Program-made: the position numbers and the translations under genes
In this document: piece by piece, positions 1 through 13,064 of the stretch
Numbering within the stretch: the stretch's first letter is position 1
Layout: every line of letters starts with the position of its first letter
DNA from: Felis catus
Lineage: Eukaryota
Direction: 5' to 3'
NCBI RefSeq assembly: GCF_018350175.1
Contig: NC_058373.1
Span: forward strand, 112,160,001-112,224,000
DNA: 64,000 bases
Notes under the pieces: model-generated
Told to the model about the DNA's origin: nothing
Database searches by the model: none
The model's input: the letters and a program-made list of their open reading frames with translations, nothing else

Positions 1-394
1 GCTATGATCTTTCCAGGTGTGCCCGCAAATGACACATAGCTAACAAGCCTGAAGATTTTCCTGCTCATCTGAAGGGCACTTTAAGAAATTACCCAAGTGT
101 CTAGAATTAGAGGTGGCTGCAGTCACTGGCATCCCAGATGGTACCACTTTTCAGCATTACAGATTCTAAAGGAGGGGGAACCTGACAGCACAGTAGATCT
201 CCCCCTCCAACGTCTACCTTCTCACTTGCTTCCCAAAGGTAAGATGTCAAAGTTGCCCTAGTGGTCATTTTCAAACTTTAGATTTCTTGGTACCTATTCA
301 TATGGCACTTATGAGTGCAAGCCAGTGATACCTCTGGTAAACTTCAACAGTTCCCATTCTTGAACTGTACCAAATGTTGGGTAATTCTACTGAG

Positions 395-413
395 TAGCCA
401 CTAGATGGCAGGC
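395..413 (+). promoter_or_regulatory. CTCF-binding motif (predicted)
   Basis: TAGCCACTAGATGGCAGGC; the core CCACTAGATGGCA is a close match to the CTCF core consensus. Motif only, no occupancy data. Confidence 0.6.
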
Positions 414-2299
414 TTCAACCTCCTAAAGGCTCTCCAACATTTCCAGTCTTTGCTGCCTGCAGGGTTCGGGGGACACTGGAATGACAAGCTGTGGGCAGAG
501 GCGTCTTGTCTCTTCCATTTATTAATATTCCTAAGCACAGCTTGAGAAGCTCTCACTTCAATTTAGAGAGCTGATTTGTTTGGGCATTCATTTGGTTTAA
601 GAAGAATAATTCACTAATCATGTGTCAGGTGACATGCTTTTACATTTTAGCTCCTGTCTTTATAGAAAAAATGTCTACCTGGAAGATTCATGACAAGAGG
701 ATGTGCATATGTGAAGAATATTCACCTGCATGTTAACAGAGCACCAGGGGTTCCAGGGAATGAAGAATTTACCCACTGGCAAAATAAATGTAGATCTATA
801 TTACTGGAACACACATACACAATCAGAATGAAAAATCATATTAGCAATAGCTTGCAAATACCGTTTCAAGTTCCAACCATAATTATAACGTTCACTATCA
901 ACCCTACTTGTTCTTTCTGACTTTTACTGACTCAGTCACCTACTCAAAGATGAGAAAAGAAAGGTGCAAGAATCTGCATTTTAAGGTGTCAGTCACAGCT
1001 TCAAAAAGCAGAAAAGAGAAAATCTGTTCCAACTTGTTTGGAAAGAGAGAATTATGCACTTGTACCCATGGGGAATCTCCCAGTTGGGGAGAGGGCTGCT
1101 GGGGAGGGAAGGCAGGGAACAAATGAGGACAGGGATCCACACTGGGGACAGTGGTTATACAAACAGAAATAATCTAAGTTCTCTTGGAAAAAATGAGGAG
1201 GTAATTTAGTTGCAGCTGGATCAGGAAGATTTCAGAGCAATGAGAATCAGGTAAGGGCAGCAGAGACAGTTAATAGAGGACATTTTAGACTCACAATAAA
1301 GAAATAATTTCCTTAGGGCCTTAAAAATAACAATAGCTTCCAGAAGGTAGTTAGCATGCAGACTTGGAGATTACTTCTGCTCATCCTGTTCATAAAGACA
1401 CACACATGGGTCCATCCACAAGCACCAGTAATTAGATTCCACCACTCTCTGTCCCAAGCAGTCTTGCACAGTGACCATTAACCCTCTGCCTCAGAGGTGG
1501 GAGAAGTGATCTGAGAACACTGTCTGCACAGGCCAGGGCTCGTAATGACAGCAGCTGTTACCCTTCCTCTAAGCGTGTGTCTGCCTCTGGGAGGGCCAGT
1601 GCACTTGGCACATTAAAGAGCATTTATAAACAGTAGGTTAGAAGAGCTCAGGGGAAGAAGAAGAAGCATGTAATGAGTGATGGTTATTAATGACCATTAT
1701 TATCTTTGTCCTGACCTAAGAGCTATTCCTCCAAGAGTGTTTACTTAGCATGCAGGACTGGAACTGAGTCAAACATGAGGCGCCCTGAAACTCTGCTATT
1801 AATCTACCAATTTTTATACACAGAGGAGATTGCTTCATGAAGTGAAGTTCTCCTCTTAAAAAATAATACATATAAATGAAAATTTTAGAGCCCCCCATGT
1901 TCCACCAGAAGAGAAACGGATCGATTCTCTGTGTGGTGAGTCACGTAATAGGGGGCATTAGGGCAGGTTTAACATGAATAAGGTATTGATTTCCCCTTGT
2001 TACTTGATTCAACTTTATTCCTTTTGGATTGCCAAAGGCCTCTGTGATGGCAGAGGCTGCAGTCCAGGGGGCAATTGGGAGCTGTATTTTCTGGTCCTTT
2101 ATTTATTCATTAAACTTTCGCACTAACAACATCTGAGTAAAAGAGAGGATTCAGTTAAAGCCAAAAAATATGTCTAATCCTTTCCACATTTAAAAAAGAG
2201 AGTGACCAGGTTACTGTAGAGGCACTAAGAAACCGGGTGGGCGGGCCATTCTCAGTATGATTCATGATATCTGGGAGTGGGGGCATTGGTTTATCTTTT

Positions 2300-2920
2300 T
2301 ACTTGTCAAAATTTCATAATTCATTAGTACAGTCCTGTTAATATTTTACATTATACAAAATGATTTTGAGGCAAAGTGAACATCTTCTTTTGCATACCTA
2401 CTCCCTCTCCCAATCCATGCATTTCCTGTTGGTAATACTGTAAGTACTTAGATAATGTATCTATCCAGGATTTTCTGTGCATTTGCATCTATAAACACAT
2501 AGTAGTTTTGTTTCCACAGAAATGGAATCACGCCATATCTATTGTTCTAGAATATAATGTCTTGGAAATCTTTCCATGTGAGGGTAAAGAGCACTCCCTC
2601 ACACTTTTTAATATCTGCACGGTATTCCCTAATTTTGATACTGTTTCACTTATTCAATCTTTCCACTGATGGGCTTTCAGAATGTTTCCAGTTTCTTTTT
2701 TTTTTTAATGTTTGAGAGAGAGAGAATACAAGCAGGGGAGGGGCAGAGAGAGAGAGGGAGAGAGAGAATCCACATAGTGCAGAGCCTGACGCAGGGCTTG
2801 AACTCATGAACCATGAGATCATGACCTGAGCCAAAATCAAGAGTCAGACGCTTAACCAACTAAGCCACTCAGGTGCCCCCGAATGTTTCTAGTTTCTAGT
2901 TGCTGAGTAATGCTACAGAG
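2300..2920 (-). mobile_element. Old L1M (L1ME-like) 3' region, interrupted by a SINE
   Basis: Degenerate antisense L1 3' motifs (AATGGAATCA...TTCCATGT...TATTCC...TGATGGGC...TGTTTCCAGTTT). Confidence 0.6.
2696..2880 (-). mobile_element. CAN-SINE (SINEC_Fc type)
   Basis: Reverse complement has a GGGGCACCTGAGTGGCTTAGTTGG head, (CT)n and an A tail. TSD GAATGTTTC(C/T)AGTTTC at 2680-2695 and 2881-2896. Confidence 0.95.
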
Positions 2921-3506
2921 CTCACACAACTTGGCCTCACAGAAGGTCCCTTGACACATGGGCAGCCAGATGAGAGGCAAAGTGGTTAGGGTAGGTCTGG
3001 GATGGCAGAAGTGTGTCCTGGGACCACCACCTCCCTGCTCTGGTAGCCCATGGCCCCAGAGATAAGCTTAGGACAACATCTGAAAGGTGCCTCCATCCCT
3101 GCCTGAACCTACCTCACCCCCATGTGGTTCAGGCAGGTGTAGTTGAGACTGAAAATGAGCTGGCAGAACTGGCTAAGCCCTCAGTTAAGATGCGAATGTT
3201 GAAGCTGAGTAAACTGGTTGGATCCAATGACCTGATACTGGACGGAATGTGAGGAGCGACCATGTCAGCAATGGACACAGAACATTTAAAGTCAACACAA
3301 CAAAGACAGAGACATATCAGCAGACTACAGAGAAGACAGACATCTCTACTTCAGGCCACAACCTAGAGAGAAGGGCAGGAAAGGAGAAAACAATCTGAAT
3401 TTCCCGTGTCTTTGTTCCAAAGAGACTGTGTTCAGCTGAAGGTTCCCAAATTTGCTTGAATTGACAAGATCAAGTTTATCACCATCACTGAAAAAGATTT
3501 GAATGT

Positions 3507-3975
3507 TATGTTAGTTTGCTAGGGCTGCTGTAACAGAGCACTACAAACTGAATGGGTAAAACAGCAGAAATTTACTCTCTGACAATTCTTTAAATTCTTA
3601 ACACTTGAAATCCGAGATCAAGGTCTTAACATGATTGCTTCTTCTGAGGGCCGAGTGAAAAGCCATCCCATGCCTCACCCTAGATTCTGGTAGTTTGCTG
3701 ACAATCTTGGCCTTCCATGGCTTATCGAAGCATCACTTTGACCTCTGCCTCTTTCTTCACATGTTGTTCTCCCTGTGTGTATGTCTGTGTCCAAATTTCC
3801 GCTTGGTGTAAGGACACTTATCATATTGGATTAGAGTCATTCCCAGTAATGGCACTTGAACTTGATGACCTCTCTAAAGACTCCATCTCCAAACAAGGTC
3901 ATATTCTTAGGTACTGGGAGTTAGAACTCCAACATATCTTTCTGGGGGGAGGGGGACAAAATTTAAACCGTAACA
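3507..3975 (-). mobile_element. MaLR solo LTR, MLT1C-like
   Basis: TATGTTAGTTTGCTAGGGCTGCTGTAACA...AAACCGTAACA, ~470 bp. 5-bp TSD AATGT/AGTGT. Confidence 0.9.
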
Positions 3976-4177
3976 AGTGTTAAGTTCAGTTAAAGAGAAA
4001 TAAAGCTCTACTTTTGCTCACTTGAATCACTTGATTGAAATGTGAACCCTCAAAAGTATTTCACTTGCATCAAGAAATAGGAGAACTAAGGGAGATGTCT
4101 GTCCTTGAAGATGCTTGACCTACAACTTAGAAAATGTTTTCTCACAAGTTTGTCTCTAAATTTCGCAGAATTTACAG

Positions 4178-4330
4178 ATAATCCCCTGAAAACCCATTGT
4201 CTCACCCCTGCAGAAGCAAGACCCTCAAGTCTCTGGAAAAGACCCCACTGGCCACCAAGTCTGTCAGAGAATCAGCCCTAGGAGGCAGCAGGTGAAGTTA
4301 CCATGTGGTGGGTCCTGAACTGCACCAGAA
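4178..4330 (+). repeat. Diverged direct repeat, copy 1 (partner 6580-6720)
   Basis: Shares colinear blocks ACCCTCAAG, CCCACTG, CCCTAGGAG and CATGTGGTGGGTC with 6580-6720. Confidence 0.8.
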
Positions 4331-4989
4331 GAGATACCTAAGACCAACCAGAGGGCCCTCCCAGGTCATCCAGGCAGAGCGTAGATGCCTAGGGCAGGAA
4401 GGAGGAGAGAAGCCAGGAAACTCAGGTGATGGCTCCCTTTGGCATGCAGGCTTCCCAGGACCTTTCTCATGATTCACTTTCCTGTTCATCCCAGGAAGAA
4501 CCAGACAGTGGCCTCAGGAGGTGGACTTTAGGCATGAGCCCCAAGGGGTGGCCCAGGTGTCCATGCCAGCATTTTGAATGGTCAGCTAGAAAGCAGGCAG
4601 GATTTATCCCAGACTCAGAGAGGAAGAGACTTGTCAGAAGCCAATTCACTCTCAACTAGTTAATACCTAAAGTGAGGTTAGCAACTTGGCAGCAGCAAGC
4701 ATTATGTGGAGCTTCTGAACCTGCCATTCTCTCTTGACAGTTTCTATTAAGACATCCAGTTAGGGAGTTGGTTATGGAGCTTTGTTGGAGACTGTTGTTT
4801 TCTCGTGTATGTCAGAGGTTGACTGCTCTTTGTGGAGTGGAGGTTGGGGAGGGGGGTTGTCAGCACAGCACGTGGTGGGACTGCCAGAGACTGCAGCATG
4901 CCATTGTACCTGAGAGGGAGCTTGAAAAACCTCTGTGACAAAAGCCACAAAAAACCCAGAGACACACCACAGGGAGTTGGTGAGTGGCT

Positions 4990-5332
4990 CACACCTAACT
5001 GATAGATTGGATTTACTCCAAAAAGCACAAATAGCATATCATGTACACCACAGGCTGGAAGTGCGAGAAAAACAGACTCAAATGATGGCTGATGAAATGC
5101 GGTAAACAAATACCAGCTCCCTCACTCCGACTGGAAGAGCTCTCGATCTCTTTTGTGTGCTGGCTGTAGAGTTCCCCAGGAGCATAAACTCCAGTCACCC
5201 ACATGGGTGCTTATAACACTCCTTTGCTGGTTGCCTCCCTTCCCCCTTCCTCTATGGGTGTTTCCTGGCATCACTTCCCAAATATACTCCTGGTGCCTAA
5301 ATCCTTGTCTCTGGGAAGACCCAATCAGGACA
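4990..5332 (+). mobile_element. ERVL LTR, LTR16-like
   Basis: 3' end TTTCCTGGCATCACTTCCCAAATATACT...AATCCTTGTCTC...CCAATCAGGACA resembles the LTR16 3' terminus. 5' boundary uncertain. Confidence 0.7.
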
Positions 5333-6085
5333 AACACTTGCTCAGTTGGGTGGTTCCTATTTCACCAAGATGTACATCAAGGTCTGAACATGGATTTGCT
5401 GAGAAACTTACCCTGTTCAGCACAGTATGGGCTGAAGGGACACACCATGTAAGCAGAAGACAACCTCCGGGACAACAGCAAGTGAAGAAGGTGTGGAGAA
5501 AAGTAAATGTCACTGAGAAAGACAGGGTGGCTGTGGAGGAGCTCTTTTTTTCCTCCTATATCTGCAGCACATCTTGAAATAAGAACTTGTGCCCTCTCCC
5601 CGTCTCCTCCATTTTCTTTCTCTCTCATCTACTGATACAGGAAAGTGTCCTGAGCACATGACTAGCTCTCGCTGGCCCTCTTTTGGATCCAGCCTGTCCA
5701 AGGACTGAACAATGACTTAAAGTCTACCTTTACCCCTGTGTAATTTAGCTTCCCTGGCTGTGATGGGGCCATATGTTCAATTCAGACAAGACTATGAAGT
5801 CCATGGTGCCCTGACATCCAAGCCCTGTCCTCCCGGGACTGGCATAAGGCAGGTGCAACTGAGCCCTGTGGACTCCTATGCCTACTTCTCAACTGGTTCA
5901 AAATCCGGAGGGCAGATGACATGAGTAATTGGCACTTTTAAATACCAATAGTCACCAAATATGCTACTCTCATGATGGAACAGCAGGAAGATGACACTTT
6001 CCCTTGCTTTGTTGGCAGAAAGAGTGTTTCACTGGTTCATTTTGTGGACAAAAGGTCAGATGGTCAACCTGGGAACAAATTGGCA

Positions 6086-6100
6086 GCAGCAGGTGGCAGA
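6086..6100 (+). promoter_or_regulatory. Possible CTCF motif
   Basis: GCAGCAGGTGGCAGA, one mismatch from CCAGCAGGTGGCAG. Confidence 0.35.
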
Positions 6101-6579
6101 AGTCACATAGCCCAACTCCAGCTGCAAACAGCTGGCTTCATTCCGACTCATTTATGGAAGATTAGTTCTCTTTACCTCTTCAAACTAGCTGCTCTGGAAA
6201 ACAGATCTGCCTGTTTTAGTGGCACAGAAAAGACTCATGTCCTTAGCCAAGTCACTTCACCTCTCAGGGCCACAAAGAACTGCTCTCTTTTCTCCTGCCT
6301 TCTTCCCAAGTTTCACATTGCTTGATCTCCTTGAACAAATATGTTCTCCTCTGCCATATCTTTGCCTCCCCCTTGGTCCCGTGCTGCAGCCAGACTCCAA
6401 GGTGTCTCATATCCAAACCCATCTCCAGTGACCCTAGGAGTCCTAACACCTCTTCCAGCTTTAGGACTCCATGGTTCTGTGTGCCCAGAATCCCCCATAC
6501 ATAGAACTTCCTAACACTTCAATTCCCCCAGCCTGGGAATCACTGCCCCACCCTACCTGGAAGTTGTGTAACTAACTAA

Positions 6580-6720
6580 ATAATCTCCTGAGAATCCACT
6601 GCAGAGGTGATACCCTCAAGACTCCAAGGAAAAACCCACTGACCACAAATTCCACTGGAGAAGAGACCCTAGGAGAACACAGCGTAAGGTATCATGTGGT
6701 GGGTCTTACACTGCAAAGAA
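6580..6720 (+). repeat. Diverged direct repeat, copy 2 (partner 4178-4330)
   Basis: Same colinear blocks as copy 1, with a ~10-bp gap near the 5' end. Confidence 0.8.
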
Positions 6721-9700
6721 CAGGGAGCCATGCACTGTGTCACCCAGGCATGGGATAGAGAGGCAGAGGCAAAGGTGGAGGCAGGCTCATGTTCTCCAGG
6801 TAGACTCTACTTCTGTACTCAGCAGAAAGTCATTTTTAAATGAGAATATGGAGTAAGAAGGATGTTCCATCACAGTGAGATCATGTGAAACAACTATTTC
6901 TAAGCCCCAGGCATTGACCTACATAACCCAAGTGAGGCTGATTTGTGTTAACACCAAGGGAGCTAGACAGTCATGGGGAGTTCACTGTAATAGGATTTGA
7001 TCAGAAAAATGTTCTCCCTCCTCCTGGGACTCTCATCTATAACCTGACACTCCAGGAAGGCCACCAGGCTTTCCACTGGGGCAGACCATGAGGGAGGGCC
7101 TACACCAGAGCAGAAAGATCAGAATAACTGGAGAAATTCTGGGCTAGGAGAAAGGACACCAACCAGTTTCCTTTCCTCTGTGAAACAGGCACAATTCAGA
7201 TCAACACAGCAGATGTTTTACCTCCAAAGTAAACATCTGAAGTATCATATTTGTTCTTCAGTACAAATGCCTTTTCACAGGGATATCCCCTGGCCTGGGA
7301 TCTTTGACTCCTCTGCTACACTTTCCACCAGGTAGGGCATTGAAACTCAGTTCTATACTTAGACTATCATTCTTTGCCTCAAGTGTAGTTATTTGGGCTC
7401 AGATCTCACCTCTGGCCAGTGGTGAGAACCCGGGGCTGGGAGTGAGGAACCCTGGTTTGGTCTCAGCACTGAAAAGCTACAGATCAAGGGAAAATCTTTT
7501 ACCTGTTTTAAATCCCACTTCCCCCCTTTAGAAAATAGACGGATAAACCAAGAAATCTCTAAGGTTCCTTCCATCTCCTAAAATATCTCTCCTTTTATTC
7601 AATTTAAAGATACACAATGGTTTCATTGCTTGTATAGGCCATATTCAGGAAGGGGGTAAGAGAGGCAGATGGTTGAGAATAACACCTTTTCAAGACACCA
7701 TTAAAAAGTAATTTATATTTCAAGACTCCCATTCTGTCTTTTTGGAAAGCCTGAAAGAAAATCCTTTTATCCGGTTGCCAGACAACCTTTCTTTGAGGCT
7801 TTCGTTTCCCTTTTTTTTTTTTTTTAAAGAAATATAAATCTGGCTTCAGATACCTGGTTAAGAGCAAGAGCTGACTTTAGGTGTCCCTCAGCAAGAACAT
7901 GAATTATGGCTGCCTACCAGTAATGTGACTGAAACTGAAAGAATTTAAGGAAAATGCTTTAAGACAGCTGATGAAACTAAAAATGCCTTGTAGATACTGG
8001 AGGCTCGAAAAAGCTATAGAAAAGATTGATAATTAAATAGTATATTGTATTTCAAGATTCTCTATTTTGCAAAAATGCCTTTCCCAAGTAGTATTTTATC
8101 TTCACATTAGTCTTTTGAGGAAGAAGGCTAGATAGTTCCTTTTTAACTGACGAGCAACTACACCCAAAAGAATAAATGACTTGTCTTAATTTTCCTGTCT
8201 AACTAATGACAGAGCCCAGGTTTCCAGCCTCTAGCTTGGCCCTTGACTTCTGGATGAGTATCTACAGAAGACAAAGAAAGGTTATTTTCCTCAATCAGCT
8301 TCCCTCAGACCAGCAACCCAAGAAGGGCCAAGACAGAGAAAAATGAGAAAACAGCAGGTAGGTCAGGCAGTGAAATTCTAGGCAGGAAAATCCAGGGTTA
8401 CTTTTGTAGGGGGCAGGAAGAATCACACTTCTCTTATCTCAAGTCCCCACCCAGCCCCTGGGCATCCAGGGTGCCCCCACTTGTCAGGAGTCAGTACAAA
8501 GTTTTAGAAGGAAACAGAAAGAAAAAGATTCTAAAATTAAGGTAACAGCCAAACTCAACAGAGCTAATTGTTTTGTTTCAGGTTCCCAGCACCACCCTGC
8601 CAGTCTGCAGAAATAAGGACTACTTGTTATAATGCAATATATTTATTTATCTGTCTGCTTTCCTATTTGTGCATCCACTGAAGGCACAGACTGATGAATG
8701 ATTCAATTAGGTTTAAGTTGGCAGTAAGAAACCACGTCCCCTTAATCTGTAAGGTTATGTGCCTGATACATTTGGTCAAGAATGTTAGAAGCTTAAAAGC
8801 CCTGAAACGAAAGTCTGGAGGTAGTGGTCTAAATATTGCATACCTACTAGAGTTAGAGACTCATTCTTTCACTTAGTTGTGGCAACTAAAATCATAGTGA
8901 AAAATTCTCAAGAGATTTTCTCTGCCAAGACCAGTTGTTGTCAAAATCAAATGCCAATTTTGTTTACCATCATAAGATTAAGAGTGGGGACTTTAGAAGT
9001 ATGTCAGGGTTATATTATTGTATTGTTAAAATAACTAGTGTTATTCCTAAGTGGTATTGCTATCATGTAGATTCCTTCCAAATACAGTAGCTATCGTTGT
9101 ATCTTAAGTAAATAAATTAACAAATAAATAATTTATTGGTCATGAGAATTTTAAGGAAATTTTATGTAACTCACCATAAAAGATATGTAAAAGGTAATGA
9201 ATAAGAATAGCGAACTACTTACTATCAAGGACTTAAGTGGCTTGATGCTTTCATGAGTTGTACTTCACACAAATGTTAAAAATGAGAAAATATTTTATAA
9301 AGACAAATAATTATACAATAAATGGTATTAAAAGATAGGGGGGAAAATACGAAAGAATGCTGGAACGAGCGAGGCAGTCACCTAGAGCAGAAGCAGAGGA
9401 AGCCATTGTTAGCAGCTTCCTATGGTGCTAGAGCACCCGAGGGTCTGGGTGTCCTGAGGCTACTCAAACCTAACCCCTTCATACCTGGAGCTTGCATCAC
9501 TATTCAAGAATGTTTGCAAACAGTTCATGCCTTTGATAGGAAATATTTCTGGGTACCCATCAACCTTTTGGTTCTTAAATCAGACTCAGCATCAGCAAGG
9601 CCACACCCAGAAGTAGAAGTGAGGGGAGATGGGAGGGCCAGAAGTAAAGGCAAGTATCCAATTTTTCCTGAACAGTACTCTTGCTTCCAGTTCCCCAGCA

Positions 9701-10424
9701 GTTGAGACAGTCCATTTGCCTGTCATGTCTCATTCCTGGTGTTCTCCAGTGTCTATATAATGTCTAGTTCACGGTTTGCACTTTACATGCATTTTTTAAT
9801 TGACTACCATAATTGTCTCTTAGCTTGGTTTCCATCTAAACACCTTTTTTCTCCCATTCTAACTGCACAAATATGAGCTTTGGAGACCTTCATTAACTTG
9901 AATGTTGACCTCGCTAATAGTGGCATAACTCAGGTCTGCAAGCATTGATTCAATCTCTTTCTATTATACCACATAACTCCTCTCCTAAAAACCCACAGTT
10001 CTGTGTGGCTTACTTAGCACATCAAATTTAGGTGTTTCTTCTGCTCAGCATTCTCACTCAAATGCCTCCTATCTTTTCCCATCTTTTTCCTCCATTCACA
10101 GATTCTCTTTGCTAATCAGGCATTCCTGCCGGTTATCTCCTCATTCTTGCCTTCTCAGTAACCCTTGGCCAATCTTTAAAGTATTCCCCTGTCTCCTTCT
10201 ACAAATGCATGTCTCTTTTCCTTCCTTGGAAACGTGTATCAGACCACACCTTTTCCAGGAAGCCCACCTAAACTAGTACTACTTCACTCCATTCCACTCT
10301 GACTATTCCCCCATCAGCATTCCTGAAGTGCTTATCTTCTCTTCAGGTTCATACTGAACAGGTTCATACCGACACACAGCAGGCACTGAATAAAAAGTTG
10401 TTGAGTAAATGAATAGATTCTATT

Positions 10425-11145
10425 GATTCAGCCTCTGAGCCATCTCTCAGATATGTCCCTTCCTCTCTATTCCCACTGTCACAGTCCCACAAATGGCTCT
10501 CACCGTTGTTCCCATGGACCATCAAAATAGTCTTCTAAGAGCTTTCTTTCCCTTCCCTTCTTCATCTGTTCAGACTCCACAGTGCCATCTGTGTGAACTT
10601 TCTGGAAGCAATCTGATCACATCTCCTATTCTTGATCCTATTCTGATCACATCTCCAAAGCCTTGGGGATAAAAATCAAAAGATCTTAGCAGCACTTTCA
10701 AGACTCTTCACAATCAAGTATCAAATAATTCCTCTGGTCTCCTTTACTTTCCACTATTGACATGTCCATGTTTGAGTTAACCCTTCAGTGCAGTGTGTAC
10801 ATCTTGTCAGTGCTGCCGCTTTTGCCGGAGGCATCCTCCCCTCTTCTCTACCTGACAATCTTTTGTTTATGTTTTGGAGCCTATCACAGATATCAGCACC
10901 ACAGCCTGGATGGCTGCCCCACCCAACCTGGGGACTAGCCCTGCTCTCCTCTGGATCCCCACCAATTTCGTCTGGGGGTGGGGTGGGGAAGGGCAGGACG
11001 CACTGAGCATAGTGCCCTATAATTGCTAGTTTGTGAACCTCTTGAAAGCAAGACCAAATGTTCCTATTTTTTCCATCCACAGCCCCATTAGAGAGTGCTT
11101 AGCTCCTAGGATGTTCTTAGTATTGTTGATAAGTGAACAAAGCAT
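10425..11145 (+). mobile_element. L2 fragment
   Basis: Degenerate L2 3'-region motifs (CCCTTCCTCTCTATTCCCACTG, TCTGATCACATC, GGATAAAAATCAAA) and an L2-like terminus. Confidence 0.6.
10974..10993 (+). other. Canonical G-quadruplex motif
   Basis: GGGGG-T-GGGG-T-GGGG-AA-GGG. Confidence 0.7.
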
Positions 11146-11184
11146 TTTGTTCACACCACGTTAATTTGCATTCGCTTGGAACCA

Positions 11185-11300
11185 TACACTTTTAGAGCTG
11201 AAAGGGATATTAGAAAATATCTCTTCTAACCTGCTTATTTTTCACACGAAGAAACTTCAGCCTATAAGGATTTAAGTGATTTGCCTAAGATCATGAAGAG
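11185..11300 (-). mobile_element. MIR3/MIR fragment
   Basis: TTTTAGAGCTGAAAGGGA...GAAGAAACT...AAGTGATTTGCCTAAGATCA core. Confidence 0.65.
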
Positions 11301-11605
11301 GCAGCAAGGGGCATCGACCCTGCTCATCTGCAGGTGATTTATACCATCTTCTGCTTATTGTACATATGAAGTCATGATGCCAAAAGACAGAGTAAGTGCC
11401 CCTAGTGAGGGAAAGCATCTTTTTTCTTTTGCATTTTCAGGAGGGCTATTTACTCTCATTTGAATTCAACAAATGTGACTGAATGACATTTACAGACCTG
11501 AAGCTCTGCTACACAATTGTGCAATTATCCCTTGATATCATCTTGGAGCACATTTTAGTGAATCTATTCCGTTGCCTTGAAATTTTAAAAATTCTTCAGA
11601 TCTTT

Positions 11606-11727
11606 GGGGCACCTGAGTGGCTCAGTCTATTAAATATCCTCCTCTTGATTTTGGCCCACGTCATGATCTCACGGTTGTGGAATGAACCCCGCATCCGTCT
11701 CTAAGCTGAAGGTGGAGCCTGCTTGGG

Positions 11728-11779
<52 letters not shown>

Positions 11780-11838
11780 CCCCACTCGTACTTTCTCTCT
11801 CTCTCAAAATAAATAAACATAAAAAAATAAAAATAAAT
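11606..11838 (+). mobile_element. CAN-SINE with expanded (CT)n
   Basis: GGGGCACCTGAGTGGCTCAG head, long (CT)n at ~11730-11772, AATAAATAAA tail. TSD AAAAATTCTTCAGATC at 11587-11602 and 11839-11854. Confidence 0.95.
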
Positions 11839-13064
11839 AAAAATTCTTCAGATCCATTGAAATTCTTCAAAACCCTCTTAAGATGATGTATATTAAAAGA
11901 TTTAAGTTAAATAATTATGGCTACTGACTTTGTCTAATACTCAAGATCAAATTACAAAGTTCCCAATTTATGCAATTAATCTAGACAAACACCAATGTCC
12001 AGCTCTTCCTATTCAGATGTCGCTATCACAATACAATGCTGAGGACAATTTTCACTTCTCAAATGGGAAAAAGGTGATAATAGTGACGATCATGGTAATA
12101 ACAGACATGTGGAAAGCCGAAGGAAATGACACTGTCAGTCAATGGGAAAATAGGACACTCAGATCCTTCTATCTTTTCAATATTCTCCTATACTCTAACA
12201 CAAAGAGAAACGCTCCTTTTCAGAAAAAAAAATTAGATGAATTCATACTTTACTCTTTTCAGCTATGGAAAGCAATGTGCTCTCTGAATTCATCACTACC
12301 TCCTATCTGTTGACACTATCAGTCATGAGTCTGTAGCCTTCTAACAACAGCGAGAGAGCAGCTTAAAAGGTTCCAAGAAATTTGTGCAAGTAAATACACA
12401 ACAAAGATTTTTCAATCATTTGCCATAGAAAGGGAACTGCCCACTTTAGAGAGATTTAGCAGCTTTTAACAGTACATTCGTACACTAATGTATGCACAGC
12501 CTGTAAGCGAGGAGGTTATCTTTATGCTCTTACTAACACACTCCATCTCCACTCCTTTGTCCTGCCTACAGTTAAAACAGGCTTCAATAGTCACATTACT
12601 GTCATTTTGTGCTATCTCAAAGTTAAATCATAATGAGCTTTGAGATTGTTAGTTGTTTCTCTCTTGTTTCTGCAGAAATGCAGGCTCCTTTTCCATTTTG
12701 GAGGATCTAAGCCTCCAGGTTTCTATGATTGCCTCTCACGCCTTCTCTCTTCTTTTATTCTCTTCCCTTCTTTGGCTCAAAAAGCAAACTCATTACCAAA
12801 CCAAATGTATAAGCCTCCCACACAGAATCTGGAGGAGAAAGACATCCCATTTAATTCAGAGGAGCCATTTCCGAGGCTAGCTGTGGTCCACGGCTTCACC
12901 GGCATACAGGACATGGCAGGTATAACCTGACTAAATACAGGACTGTCTATTCGGGGACTGCATCTGAACAATGTCACTGACCCGGAAAAGCAGCTACTTT
13001 TCCACTGGAGTACCCCAATCCCAAACAGTCTACAGTTGAAAAATTAAAATGAGTATAATAGTAA

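Noticed and set aside
171..208. Hairpin GGAGGGGGA...TCCCCCTCC
   Set aside because: A 9-bp low-complexity stem with a 20-nt loop is expected by chance.
9000..9690. AT-rich block possibly from an old hAT-type DNA transposon
   Set aside because: No TIR or TSD found and no family could be assigned.
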